Source of the DNA: Candidatus Micrarchaeota archaeon
Lineage (GTDB): Archaea > Micrarchaeota > Micrarchaeia > Norongarragalinales > Norongarragalinaceae
Direction of reading: 5' to 3'
DNA length: 64,000 bases
Assembly: GCA_964630975.1 (NCBI GenBank)
Contig: CAZVVY010000001.1
Span: forward strand, 2,610 to 66,609
The translations under genes and the position numbers were made by a program. This document shows, piece by piece, positions 33,971 to 42,703 of the stretch. The first letter of the stretch is position 1, and each line of letters starts with the position of its first letter. A model generated the notes under the pieces. The model saw nothing but the letters and a program-made list of their open reading frames with translations, did not search any database and was not told the DNA's origin.

Positions 33971-35050
33971 TTATCTGGTGGTTTTAAACGATTGCACTTC
34001 TTCCAGCAAGCCTTTCGCCTTTCCCTTTTCAAAGTGCTTGCGCACGGGCTCCAGCAACCCGTTTATCGAGCCGGCAACGCCTTTCTTCAAGTCCGCGGGA
34101 TGGAGTTCGCCGGCGACAAAAGATTTTTCGAGTTCGTTGTAAGAAGAGTATTCGACGTCTCCCCCGAATTTTTCGGGGCGCTCTATTTTTATCGAGTCAA
34201 CGCTTTCGAAAACGATGTACTTCGCGTATTCCAGCAAAGGGTTGTTTTCGGTTACTTTTTCCGGGCAGTACGCCTTACCGAGTTTTTTCTCCACTTGCTT
34301 GGGGGTATCCGTCATGAATACCGCCGAGTCGGGGTCGGACTTGGACATCTTGAATTGAATGGAGCGGCCTACTCCTTTTGCCTGCGAGTCCTTAGGGGGG
34401 CGCAAGCCGGCCAGCATATGGTGGTGGACCGCAATCGGCTTCTTGTAACCCAGTTTGGGGGCGACTTCGCGCGCAAGCACGTTTACCTTGCGTTGGTCCA
34501 TTCCCAGTTGCGCCAAGTCGACGTCCAACTCGAATATGTCGGACGCCTGCATGCACGGGTAAAATATTTGTGCGGCGCTCAACGAATCCTTGGACCCGCG
34601 CCCCATTATTTGCGCGCAACGCGTTACGCGCGCCACCGTATTCAATCGCGCGATTTTAATGGTGCGCAGCCAGTAATCCTTCTTATCCATGTGTTCGGAA
34701 GCCCACAAGAACTCCACGTTTCGCAAGTCCATTCCTGCGGCTTTCCACGTTTCAACGAAGTACTCGCCGGTAACCTTGATTTTGTCGAGGTCGCCGCCCA
34801 TTTTGTCGTTCATCAAAGCGAACCAGTCGGCCACCCAAAACTTGAATTTCACGCCGGCCTTGCACAACTTGTTGACGTTTATTGCGCGCAAAAGCCCTTG
34901 GGCTATGTGGATGCGGCCGGACGGCTCGAACCCGTCGTAGGCCACCGGATGCTTTTTTTCCTCGAGCAAGTCACGCAACTCGTCGGGCTCGATTATTTCC
35001 TCGCCCACTTCGCTTACGAGCCGCATTCGCTCTTCAATACCCATGTTCAT
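33971..35050 (-). CDS. tyrS: Tyrosine--tRNA ligase (archaeal type)
   Basis: KMSKS motif; C-terminal KAYCPEKVTENNPLLEYAKYIVF…RPEKFGGDVEYSSYNELEKSF…ELHPADLK closely parallels archaeal TyrRS. Confidence 0.85.
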   Translation of the reverse strand: MNMGIEERMRLVSEVGEEIIEPDELRDLLEEKKHPVAYDGFEPSGRIHIAQGLLRAINVNKLCKAGVKFKFWVADWFALMNDKMGGDLDKIKVTGEYFVETWKAAGMDLRNVEFLWASEHMDKKDYWLRTIKIARLNTVARVTRCAQIMGRGSKDSLSAAQIFYPCMQASDIFELDVDLAQLGMDQRKVNVLAREVAPKLGYKKPIAVHHHMLAGLRPPKDSQAKGVGRSIQFKMSKSDPDSAVFMTDTPKQVEKKLGKAYCPEKVTENNPLLEYAKYIVFESVDSIKIERPEKFGGDVEYSSYNELEKSFVAGELHPADLKKGVAGSINGLLEPVRKHFEKGKAKGLLEEVQSFKTTR

Positions 35051-35481
35051 AAGTCGCGCGCCATCAATAAAACGGTTTTCCCGTTGATTTTGCGGTCGAG
35101 TACGCCTTTGTTTTCAAACCCGTTTTTTTCGTAGAGTCGGTGGGCCGCGAGGTTGTCTTCGGCTACGAGTATGTGGAGCCTGCACGCTTTTTTTGCGGCT
35201 TCCGAAACTGCGTGCAACAAAAGCTTTTCGCCGAGCCCCTTTCCGCGCTCTTCTTCGAGCACTCCCAAGCCCAGTATTTTGGCGGATTCCCCCGAGTACT
35301 GCAAGTCAACGAAGCCAACGCATCTCTTTCCCTGCAAGGCGACGAAGTATTGGTTGTCTGGGTCGGAGAGGCGTTTCATAATCGTGTCGAAGGTGAAGCC
35401 GGTATACGGGAAGAAGTGCCGCGTCATCACCGTGATTGAATAAGCGTGCGCCCCTTTTCCCTCGATTATTTCAAGCCGCAA
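35047..35481 (-). CDS. GNAT-family N-acetyltransferase
   Basis: Acetyl-CoA-binding motif …ILGLGVLEEERGKGLGEKLL…. Confidence 0.7.
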   Translation of the reverse strand: MRLEIIEGKGAHAYSITVMTRHFFPYTGFTFDTIMKRLSDPDNQYFVALQGKRCVGFVDLQYSGESAKILGLGVLEEERGKGLGEKLLLHAVSEAAKKACRLHILVAEDNLAAHRLYEKNGFENKGVLDRKINGKTVLLMARDL

Positions 35482-36028
35482 CTCCTTTCACCCAGTCCTC
35501 TTCAAACGCTTTTAAAAATGATTTCGCGGTTGCCGGGTCGCTCACGATGACGGATGCCTCGCGGTTGGACTCCATTGCGCGGTTCGACCAATTCGTGCTT
35601 CCAACCAACACTTTTTTTCCATCCACCACGCAATACTTGGAGTGCGTGTTCGTGTAGTCGAGCGAGCCCCACTTGACTAGCACGCCTTTTTCCTGCAGGA
35701 ACGCGGCGGTCTCGTAATTGCTTTCAACCCGCGACTCCATTATGAGGCGCACGCGAACCCCGCGCCGTACCGCGTCCGAGAGCGCGGCCTTCAAGTGCGG
35801 GTTGGAGAATTGGTATAATTCGGCGTCAATCGAGTGCTCAGCGCTTTCAACGAAGGGCAGTACGACGGAATCCGCGTTAGGGGAGAATACGGGGGCCACC
35901 GACCCGTTCAAACAATGGCATTCGGGTGAAGCCAACGCGAACGCTATTGCGGCGCCCACGAGCGCGGCCAAAACGAATTCAAACGGTTTGCGTGCACTCC
36001 TTGCATTCAACTTCGGGCATCCCCGCAA
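35471..36028 (-). CDS. Phospholipase D/Nuc-like single-HKD domain protein (secreted)
   Basis: HKD motif HSKYCVVDGKKVLVGSTNWS; N-terminal signal-like hydrophobic segment. Confidence 0.7.
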   Translation of the reverse strand: MRGCPKLNARSARKPFEFVLAALVGAAIAFALASPECHCLNGSVAPVFSPNADSVVLPFVESAEHSIDAELYQFSNPHLKAALSDAVRRGVRVRLIMESRVESNYETAAFLQEKGVLVKWGSLDYTNTHSKYCVVDGKKVLVGSTNWSNRAMESNREASVIVSDPATAKSFLKAFEEDWVKGVAA

Positions 36029-36755
36029 CCATTTCGTTTATGAGCCCTTTAAGTTTCTCGTTGTTTTCCTTGAACACTTTCAACACTTCCTCGTGGGAAA
36101 CGGGCTTCATTCCCTGCAATCCGACGTCGTAATCGGTTATGAGGGATACGTTGCAATAACACATTCCGGCTTCGCGGCACAAGAAAGCTTCGGGCGACTG
36201 CGTCATGTTTATCACTTCCCAGCCCTGCGAAGAATAAAACCTGCTCTCGGCCCGCGTCGAAAACCGCGGCCCCTCTATTACGGTTACCGTGCCCCCGTCG
36301 CGCACGGGAATACCTCGTTTTTCAGCGCTTTTCACGGCGACTCGCCGCATTTCCGGGCAGTATGGGTCGGCGGCGGTCAAGTGTTTTACTTCGGGGCCGT
36401 CGAACAACGTGTACTCGCGCCCTTTCGTGTAATCCGCGATTTGGTCGCATACCACGAACGTCCCGGGCGGCACTTCCTTTTGAAGTGAGCCCGCCGCGCA
36501 AGGCCCGATTACGCGCTTCACGCCGAGCTCCTTGAAGGCCCAGGCATTCGCGCGATAATTTATTTTGTGGGGGGGAAGCGAGTGATTGCGCCCGTGCCTG
36601 GGAATGAACGCCACTTTCCTGCCCGACATTTCGCCGAGCATTACGGCGTCGGACGCGTCGCCGAACGGCGTGTCGACCCTGACTTCTTCCGGGTTTTCGA
36701 GGAGCGAGTAAAAACCGCTTCCTCCGAAAACACCTATATCCGCTTTTTCAACCAT
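35979..36755 (-). CDS. mtnP: S-methyl-5'-thioadenosine phosphorylase
   Basis: PNP-family motifs (…GVFGGSGFY…, …VINMTQSPEAFLCREAGMCY…). Confidence 0.8.
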   Translation of the reverse strand: MVEKADIGVFGGSGFYSLLENPEEVRVDTPFGDASDAVMLGEMSGRKVAFIPRHGRNHSLPPHKINYRANAWAFKELGVKRVIGPCAAGSLQKEVPPGTFVVCDQIADYTKGREYTLFDGPEVKHLTAADPYCPEMRRVAVKSAEKRGIPVRDGGTVTVIEGPRFSTRAESRFYSSQGWEVINMTQSPEAFLCREAGMCYCNVSLITDYDVGLQGMKPVSHEEVLKVFKENNEKLKGLINEMVAGMPEVECKECTQTV

Positions 36756-37722
36756 ATTCGTTTACCCCCGTCTTCTTGAATTCTTCGAGCGCTTCCAAGC
36801 GCTTGTAAGTAAGCGGGTGAGTGGAAACCCATTCGCTTAAATGCGTCCACGAATCGGTTTTTTCCCACGCAATAGCGTACTCTATTCCCTCCGCTTTTTG
36901 CGACAGCGCGCTTGCCTCGTCCGGGTTGGACACGTAGAAAGCGGCTTTGCCTCGGTACCGCGAAGGGTTTACCCCGCGAAAGCCGTAAGAAATCTTTTTC
37001 AATGCCTGTTGGAGCGCGCCCGGGTCGCCGGTCGCCCGAGCACTGAACGCGTCCGCGTAATACTCGCGGGTGCGGCTCAAGTACATTACGAGGAGGCGCG
37101 AAAGGAATTGCGCGAACAAAGCGCCGAGGAAAACCCCTATGAAGCCGAGGCCGCCGTTGCCTCGCCTGCCGCCGCGGGGAGAAAAAAAGAGGAACAAATA
37201 GTAGACCAACAAGGGCACCATTGAGGCAACCGTTATCAGGACTACGTCTCGGTGCTTCACGTGCCCCATTTCGTGGGTGAGCACGGCCCGCGTTTCCCGG
37301 CGGTCGAGTGCCTGCAGCAAGCCGGAGTGCACCGCTATGTTGGAGTCGTTTCGCGTGCGACCGAACGCGAAGGCATTTGGCGTCGAGTCGGGCACCAGCC
37401 ACAACTTCGGCTTTTTAACTCCCGCTTTCTTGGCCAGGCCTTCTACGTCGCGGTGAACCCGCTCGAACCTTTTTTCGTCGAGAGGCTTCATTCGCGTAGT
37501 CCACTTGATTATCGAGGGCGCGGCCCACCATTGCAGTGTCGTGAACAAGACGACGAAGACGAGTATTCCGGCGAGCGCCATCGAGCCTTCAACCGCGGGA
37601 CCCCACTGCCATAAAATAAGGCCGAAGACGCCGGCCAGGAAACCGAAGAGCAGCGTCATCGTCAAAAGCATCGCTATCCTAAGCTTCAACAAACCCATTA
37701 CGAATCCTTCACTCCGCCCCAA
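36748..37722 (-). CDS. htpX: Zinc metalloprotease HtpX (M48 family)
   Basis: HEMGH zinc motif within a 4-TM protein. Confidence 0.8.
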   Translation of the reverse strand: MGRSEGFVMGLLKLRIAMLLTMTLLFGFLAGVFGLILWQWGPAVEGSMALAGILVFVVLFTTLQWWAAPSIIKWTTRMKPLDEKRFERVHRDVEGLAKKAGVKKPKLWLVPDSTPNAFAFGRTRNDSNIAVHSGLLQALDRRETRAVLTHEMGHVKHRDVVLITVASMVPLLVYYLFLFFSPRGGRRGNGGLGFIGVFLGALFAQFLSRLLVMYLSRTREYYADAFSARATGDPGALQQALKKISYGFRGVNPSRYRGKAAFYVSNPDEASALSQKAEGIEYAIAWEKTDSWTHLSEWVSTHPLTYKRLEALEEFKKTGVNEYG

Positions 37723-37724
37723 AT

Positions 37725-38384
37725 TTATTTCTTTTTAAGGACCAGCATTTCGTGGCCCGCCTCAAAAGGCTCCAAATCTATTTCTTCCACTAACTCGAAA
37801 CAATCGCGCAAATCCTTTTTGACTTGCGCAAACACTTCCGAAGGTCTCTTCGAAGAATCGATGCACGCCGACTTCACGGCTAACAGCGCCCAGCCGCCTT
37901 TCCCCAAAAAGCGCGCGTTTTCCTTGAGTATGCGTGCTTGCTCGGGGTCGGCGACGTCCTCGAATATGACGTCCACTCTTCCAATGTCCGCGTATTCCCC
38001 GGGCTTCCTGGCGTCGGCGACTATGGGGACCGTGTTCTCCCTAGAGCCGCAAACCTTTAACAAGTCGCGTGCGGCGCGCGCCGAAAACTCCACGCAGTAA
38101 ACGCCGCCTTCGGTAACCATGTCGGAGACGTGGGAAGGGGTCGCCCCGTTGGCGGCACCCAAGTAAAGCACTACCGAGTCGGATTGGATTGCGGCCGACT
38201 TCATTCCTTTTGCTATTGCCGCTGCCAGCTTGCTTTGGCGCGGGTTCCACTCGCGATATTCCCGTCCCTTGTGCTTGAACAATTGTTCCCCGTGAACGCG
38301 AACCCCCGGAACCGCGTTAACCGTTGCCAACCGGCCTTTGACGAGGTAAACCCCGGGGTGCGTTCCGTGTTCCACTACCCTCAT
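37725..38384 (-). CDS. flpA: Fibrillarin-like rRNA/tRNA 2'-O-methyltransferase
   Basis: …GVYLVKG…GEQLFKHKGREYREWNPRQSKLAAAI…VLYLGAANGATPSHVSD… is fibrillarin-like; probable start MRVVEHG (38384). Confidence 0.8.
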   Translation of the reverse strand: MRVVEHGTHPGVYLVKGRLATVNAVPGVRVHGEQLFKHKGREYREWNPRQSKLAAAIAKGMKSAAIQSDSVVLYLGAANGATPSHVSDMVTEGGVYCVEFSARAARDLLKVCGSRENTVPIVADARKPGEYADIGRVDVIFEDVADPEQARILKENARFLGKGGWALLAVKSACIDSSKRPSEVFAQVKKDLRDCFELVEEIDLEPFEAGHEMLVLKKK

Positions 38385-38755
38385 TTCCTTTTCCCGTAAT
38401 AAGCGAGTAATGCAAGTATTCCGAGGCCCGCGAGCGCCCACAAGAACGGCGAACTCCTCTTTTTTTCGGCTTCGCCTTTCGTCAAGTAATCCTCGGCTCC
38501 CGCCGACTCGGTTACTACGCAGGATTCGGGGCTTGCTTCCAAGAGGAGAATGCCGTTGGAAAACTCTCCTTCGCCGAGGATGAACGACTCGGTTTCCCCC
38601 GGCGAATAATAAGTGAATACGCAGGAATCTTCTTCGGCGTTAACAACCTTTATTATTGCGCCGCCCAAGCGCAGCTCTCCGCCTTCGGCGACTTCGTGGG
38701 TTGTCGCGCCCGTGAGTGCCGCCGCCAAAACCATTACGGCAACGATTTTTTTCAT
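38381..38755 (-). CDS. secreted protein with C-terminal SPF + TM + GKRK tail (PGF-CTERM-like sorting-signal candidate)
   Basis: Signal peptide MKKIVAVMVLAAALTGA; C-terminus SSPFLWALAGLGILALLAYYGKRK. The listed ORF starts at TTG 38761; ATG at 38755 is more plausible. Confidence 0.55.
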   Translation of the reverse strand: MKKIVAVMVLAAALTGATTHEVAEGGELRLGGAIIKVVNAEEDSCVFTYYSPGETESFILGEGEFSNGILLLEASPESCVVTESAGAEDYLTKGEAEKKRSSPFLWALAGLGILALLAYYGKRK

Positions 38756-38762
38756 GAACAAT

Positions 38763-38790
38763 AAAAAAAAGGGGTTTTCACCCCTTTAAA
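38763..38790 (-). terminator. Hairpin plus T-run downstream of the 38796..39812 gene
   Basis: Minus strand: GGGGTGAAAACCCC followed by TTTTTTTT. Confidence 0.5.
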
Positions 38791-38795
38791 CCTTT

Positions 38796-39812
38796 TCAGC
38801 CGGTTGCATTCAAGGAAAGCAGGCCGCACAACTCTTCGTGCTTGTTGCAAACCATTTCCTTCAACTGCGCGAAGTTTTGCGCTTGGAAAACGTGTTTGCA
38901 GTCCAACACGTACGTGGGAATCATTGTCGAACCCGGCAATTGCAGGCGCGCATATTCCTCCATCGCCGCGTCGTATTCTTCTTCCCCTACGGCTTCAATG
39001 CACTCGTTTTTTTGTTCCTCGCTTCCGGCAATGCAGTAGCGGGAGTAGTCGAGCGCTTCGCCTAAAGCGTTTTTCAGGGTTTCTTCTCCGGCGTCCGCGG
39101 AATCACACAAGTAGCATTCTTCCGGAGAATACCTGTCCAGCTTCACGCTTCCCTTGATAGCGCAGCTTTCTTCCTGCAACAACAGCGATTTTTGGCCGTC
39201 GTCGGAAGGAACGAGCACAACGGCTTCGTTGCCGTAAGCGTCGCAGTAAGTGCCGAGTTCGCGGAAGTAGTCTGCGAGCGCCTCGTTTGCCTGGAAGTCT
39301 GCGACGTCCACGTAAAACGCGGGCACGCGCTTGACTTCTGCGGGAGCCGAAACCGTGCTGACGTCCACGATGTTGATTGCCACGTTCTTCTTTGCGAGCT
39401 TGGTTTTCACGGAGTCCACTCCTTGCACGGGTTGTTCACGCAAGTGCGCGAGCCACTTCGTGTTGTTGCATTCTTCGCAAGTCGAGTCATAGTAAAAATA
39501 GAATTCGGCTGCGGCGTAATCACTCGTCGTTTCAAGCACGTTGAGCCGCGACTCAATGCTTTTGAGGCGCGAAGACAATTCGGCGTCGTTGGAAATCGTG
39601 TTCACTTCAACCGTCGCCTTCAAGGAATTGTTCTGCATCACCAAGTAAGCGGTTGAAAGCAGCCACAACACGAATACTGCTGCCAAGCCGTAGTAAATCG
39701 TTTCCTGTATCGAGTCCTTTTTTTCCTTAGCCATCTGAAAAATCACCTTTAACGCCTTACTTTCACTGACTCGCACCTTAAAAAACTTATTTTTCGGCTT
39801 CCACGAAAACAT
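38796..39812 (-). CDS. membrane-anchored protein with an extracytoplasmic thioredoxin-fold (CxxC) domain and a Cys-rich C-terminal region
   Basis: N-terminal TM (…YYGLAAVFVLWLLSTAYLV), STCEECNNTKW CxxC, later a VPAFYV cis-Pro-like motif; more than 10 additional Cys. Confidence 0.45.
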   Translation of the reverse strand: MFSWKPKNKFFKVRVSESKALKVIFQMAKEKKDSIQETIYYGLAAVFVLWLLSTAYLVMQNNSLKATVEVNTISNDAELSSRLKSIESRLNVLETTSDYAAAEFYFYYDSTCEECNNTKWLAHLREQPVQGVDSVKTKLAKKNVAINIVDVSTVSAPAEVKRVPAFYVDVADFQANEALADYFRELGTYCDAYGNEAVVLVPSDDGQKSLLLQEESCAIKGSVKLDRYSPEECYLCDSADAGEETLKNALGEALDYSRYCIAGSEEQKNECIEAVGEEEYDAAMEEYARLQLPGSTMIPTYVLDCKHVFQAQNFAQLKEMVCNKHEELCGLLSLNATG

Positions 39813-40371
39813 TCCTTTTTTCTTCCTTTACTTGAACCCTGCGGAAGCCCGCGCCGCCAAACAATTTCTTCAATTCCTTGTTTCCCGGAAAAAAGTATTT
39901 CCTTTTTTTTCGGCCCCATTTAATCAAGCCCCACTTGCCGTGGCCGCGCGGCCTCCACAAAGTTGCGAAAACCGTTCCGCCCGGCTTCAAAACGCGGAAA
40001 AATTCTTTTGCCGCCTTCCTCCTACCCCCCGCATTCAAGTGGTGGAGTGCGGCGGTGCAAGTAACCGCTTCGAATGCTTCCTCGCCGAACGGGAGGCGGG
40101 CCATCGACCCGAAAACGGTTTCCGCGTTTTTCACTCCCCCCAAATTCTTTTTTGCGTAACCAATCATTTCACGGCTGTTGTCCAGGCAAGCCACCGCACG
40201 GCACTTGGCCGCAATTTCCCTTGCGTTGACCGCGTTGCCGCACCCCGCGTCGAGCACCGCCCACTTTTTCCCTATTTTTTTTAGTGCCGGCGCTATCAGA
40301 AACCTCCTCGGCTCGCTTCGGTACTCCTGCCATTGCCCGGCTATGCCGTCGTAAACCGTCGCCATTTCCAA
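39787..40371 (-). CDS. Class I SAM-dependent methyltransferase
   Basis: Motif I VLDAGCGNAV; about 190 aa. Confidence 0.7.
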   Translation of the reverse strand: MEMATVYDGIAGQWQEYRSEPRRFLIAPALKKIGKKWAVLDAGCGNAVNAREIAAKCRAVACLDNSREMIGYAKKNLGGVKNAETVFGSMARLPFGEEAFEAVTCTAALHHLNAGGRRKAAKEFFRVLKPGGTVFATLWRPRGHGKWGLIKWGRKKRKYFFPGNKELKKLFGGAGFRRVQVKEEKRNVFVEAEK

Positions 40372-40406
40372 CCCAATTAAAAAAGGGCGCGCGCTAAAAA
40401 ACAGTT

Positions 40407-40895
40407 ATGCAATTCAAGTTGCTTCCCCTCGCCTTCCTGGCCGCAGTCGTCTGGTTTGCCGCAGCCGACTACGGCTCGGCAATGGAACAGGCAAGGCCGT
40501 GGATGACCCCCGTCGTGTTGCCCGGAGAACTCGAGGCAATGCAGTGGGTGCGCCAAAACACGGCGCCGCGCACCGTTTTCGTGAACGGCATTTTCGGCGG
40601 CGAATTCTTGATGGGTTACTCGTTGCGAGAGAGCGCGGTCGGCGGCGACTGGGCCATAATACCCAACGTAGTGCAGAGAATGCACGACGTGCAATACTCT
40701 TTTTACGGCGCTGAAAACCCGCGTCAAGCGCGGGAAACCGCGAAGCAGTACGGAGCCGAATTCGTTTGGGCTCCCAAGCGCAAAGTGTTCGCGGGCTACG
40801 AATGGGTCGAAGTAAACGAGGGATTGTTCGACCCGCAGTATTTCGCACTCGCCTATGAAAACGACGGAGTGCGCATTTACGAGGTGCTGGAATGA
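40407..40895 (+). CDS. secreted/extracytoplasmic hypothetical protein (signal peptide)
   Basis: MQFKLLPLAFLAAVVWFAAADYG signal; ATGA overlap with the downstream membrane gene. Confidence 0.55.
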   Translation: MQFKLLPLAFLAAVVWFAAADYGSAMEQARPWMTPVVLPGELEAMQWVRQNTAPRTVFVNGIFGGEFLMGYSLRESAVGGDWAIIPNVVQRMHDVQYSFYGAENPRQARETAKQYGAEFVWAPKRKVFAGYEWVEVNEGLFDPQYFALAYENDGVRIYEVLE

Positions 40896-41938
40896 ACAAA
40901 CGCCTGCCCCGGCTTTTCTTCCTCGGCGCAATCGCGTTGTCGCTTTACGCGCACTCAATGGTTTTCGGGGAGTGGGTGATGCCCACTTACGGTAACACCA
41001 TGATTCACGTTGCAAGCGCTCGGCACGCCATTGAAACCGGTGAATACCCGATGTGGAACGATTACTCTTACGGCGGCGGCCAACCCAACCTCTACGTGCC
41101 TTTGTACCGCTTCTTGTACGCCGAACTCGTTGCCTTGACCGGGCTGTCATTCGACGTCGTGGGTCGCCTCATCGTAATGCTTTACGCGTTACTGCTCCCT
41201 CTCGGCTTCTTTTTGCTCGGCCGCGAACTCGCCGGCGACTGGGCGGGAATCGCTTCGGCTTTCCTCGCCTCTTTGTCCCCCGAACTACTCGTTTACACGG
41301 TGCGCCCCCTGCCCCAGGGCCTGGGCCTGGCAATGCTCCCCGTCGCCTTTTACTTCCTCGCCAAGCGAAACCTGCGCGCTTCCCTGCTCTCGGCGTTCTT
41401 GATTGTTCTGGCGCACCAGGAAGCCGGCGTTTTCTTCGTCGGGTGTGCTTTCGCTTACGGGTTAATGGAAACCGTTCGCTCCCGATTCGTTGACGAAAAA
41501 TCGTGGAAAAACGCCGAACTCGGCTTTGCCGCGTGGGGCGTTGGAACCCTTACTTATTTGGCTTGGCACTTTTTCGCGGTGAGCAACCTCGACTTGCTTG
41601 CTTTGGCACAGTTCGAACACCACGAAGGCGCTTTCGTGTCCGCACAATTATTGTACGACAAGACGGGGTTGGTTCTCCTCGCCTTGGGTGCTCTCGGCTT
41701 TTTGTTGCTCGCGTTTCGCGCGTTGGAGAAGAAGCGGGTGCGCGCGGCTCAAACACTCATTTTATCCTGTCTGCTCGTGGGATTGTTCTGCATCAAAAAC
41801 GATTTGGTGGGCTTGCAAGTGTTCATGGACCGCTTCATCGTGTTCCTTCACGTCGCCCTCGTTCCCGCGGCCGCCCTGACATTAAGGGAAGCATGGAATT
41901 TTTTGGAAGAAAAAAACAAGGGTTTAAAAAAAAGTTGA
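40892..41938 (+). CDS. polytopic membrane protein (GT-C-like glycosyltransferase fold suspected)
   Basis: About 10 TM helices; the first loop carries an acidic/aromatic motif (ETGEYPMWNDYSYGGG). Confidence 0.45.
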   Translation: MNKRLPRLFFLGAIALSLYAHSMVFGEWVMPTYGNTMIHVASARHAIETGEYPMWNDYSYGGGQPNLYVPLYRFLYAELVALTGLSFDVVGRLIVMLYALLLPLGFFLLGRELAGDWAGIASAFLASLSPELLVYTVRPLPQGLGLAMLPVAFYFLAKRNLRASLLSAFLIVLAHQEAGVFFVGCAFAYGLMETVRSRFVDEKSWKNAELGFAAWGVGTLTYLAWHFFAVSNLDLLALAQFEHHEGAFVSAQLLYDKTGLVLLALGALGFLLLAFRALEKKRVRAAQTLILSCLLVGLFCIKNDLVGLQVFMDRFIVFLHVALVPAAALTLREAWNFLEEKNKGLKKS

Positions 41939-41965
41939 AAGAAAAAACAAGGAAATCGTTGCGTT

Positions 41966-42214
41966 TTAATCCAGGCAACTCATGCAACCCAAGCAAGCGC
42001 CGGGGCCCAAAGGGCACCACTCGCCGTCAGGCATCGATTGTTTAGCCAAGTACTCGTCGTCCATTCCTTCGTGCGCCGCAATCGTATAAGCACAGTATTC
42101 GGGGGCCAAGCAACCTGTTTCCTTACCGTTTTGATATCCAATCATCATCCCCAGAAAGCCGCCGATTACGAGACCGAGCACGGCAAACAAAATCGCGCTT
42201 TGTTCCAACTTCAT
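41966..42214 (-). CDS. small membrane protein with a Cys-rich C-terminus
   Basis: N-terminal TM, then C…C…C…CLGCMSCLD. Confidence 0.4.
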   Translation of the reverse strand: MKLEQSAILFAVLGLVIGGFLGMMIGYQNGKETGCLAPEYCAYTIAAHEGMDDEYLAKQSMPDGEWCPLGPGACLGCMSCLD

Positions 42215-42252
42215 TCCTGAACCACCAATTTAATTTATTTATAACTTATTTA

Positions 42253-42660
42253 TTAGGGTTCGCCGGTTACGCGCACGCTAACCGAGCAAAAAGCGTCGGT
42301 TACGCGGTACGCCGACCTTCCTTCTATTACCGCTTCGGCTCGCACCAAAACGTTTTCGCATTCGAGTTCTCTAAATAACGCGGTTAATTGTTGGGCGTCC
42401 AACGGCAGTTCGGCGCCGTCCAACTCCCGCGCGAAAAACCGGCACTTGTCGCACCCCTTCAATAATATTCCGGCGCGCTCCAACTCCTCTTTTTCGTAGT
42501 ACGCGTCGAGCACGGTTGAAGCCGCGCCCCCCACTTGAAACGCCGCGTTTTCGCTTGCTTCTTCGCGGCCCATCTGTTTTCCCGCGATTATGCCTGCGGC
42601 GAGCGCCAGTACGGCTATGCTCATAACCGTGAATGCCAGTACGTAGCCCTTTTTCTTCAT
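42253..42660 (-). CDS. secreted/membrane-anchored hypothetical protein
   Basis: Signal/anchor MKKKGYVLAFTVMSIAVLALAAGIIAG. Confidence 0.5.
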   Translation of the reverse strand: MKKKGYVLAFTVMSIAVLALAAGIIAGKQMGREEASENAAFQVGGAASTVLDAYYEKEELERAGILLKGCDKCRFFARELDGAELPLDAQQLTALFRELECENVLVRAEAVIEGRSAYRVTDAFCSVSVRVTGEP

Positions 42661-42703
42661 AATTCGTTATAAAGGAAAAAAGAAAATAAAAAAGAGAAGG
42701 GTT

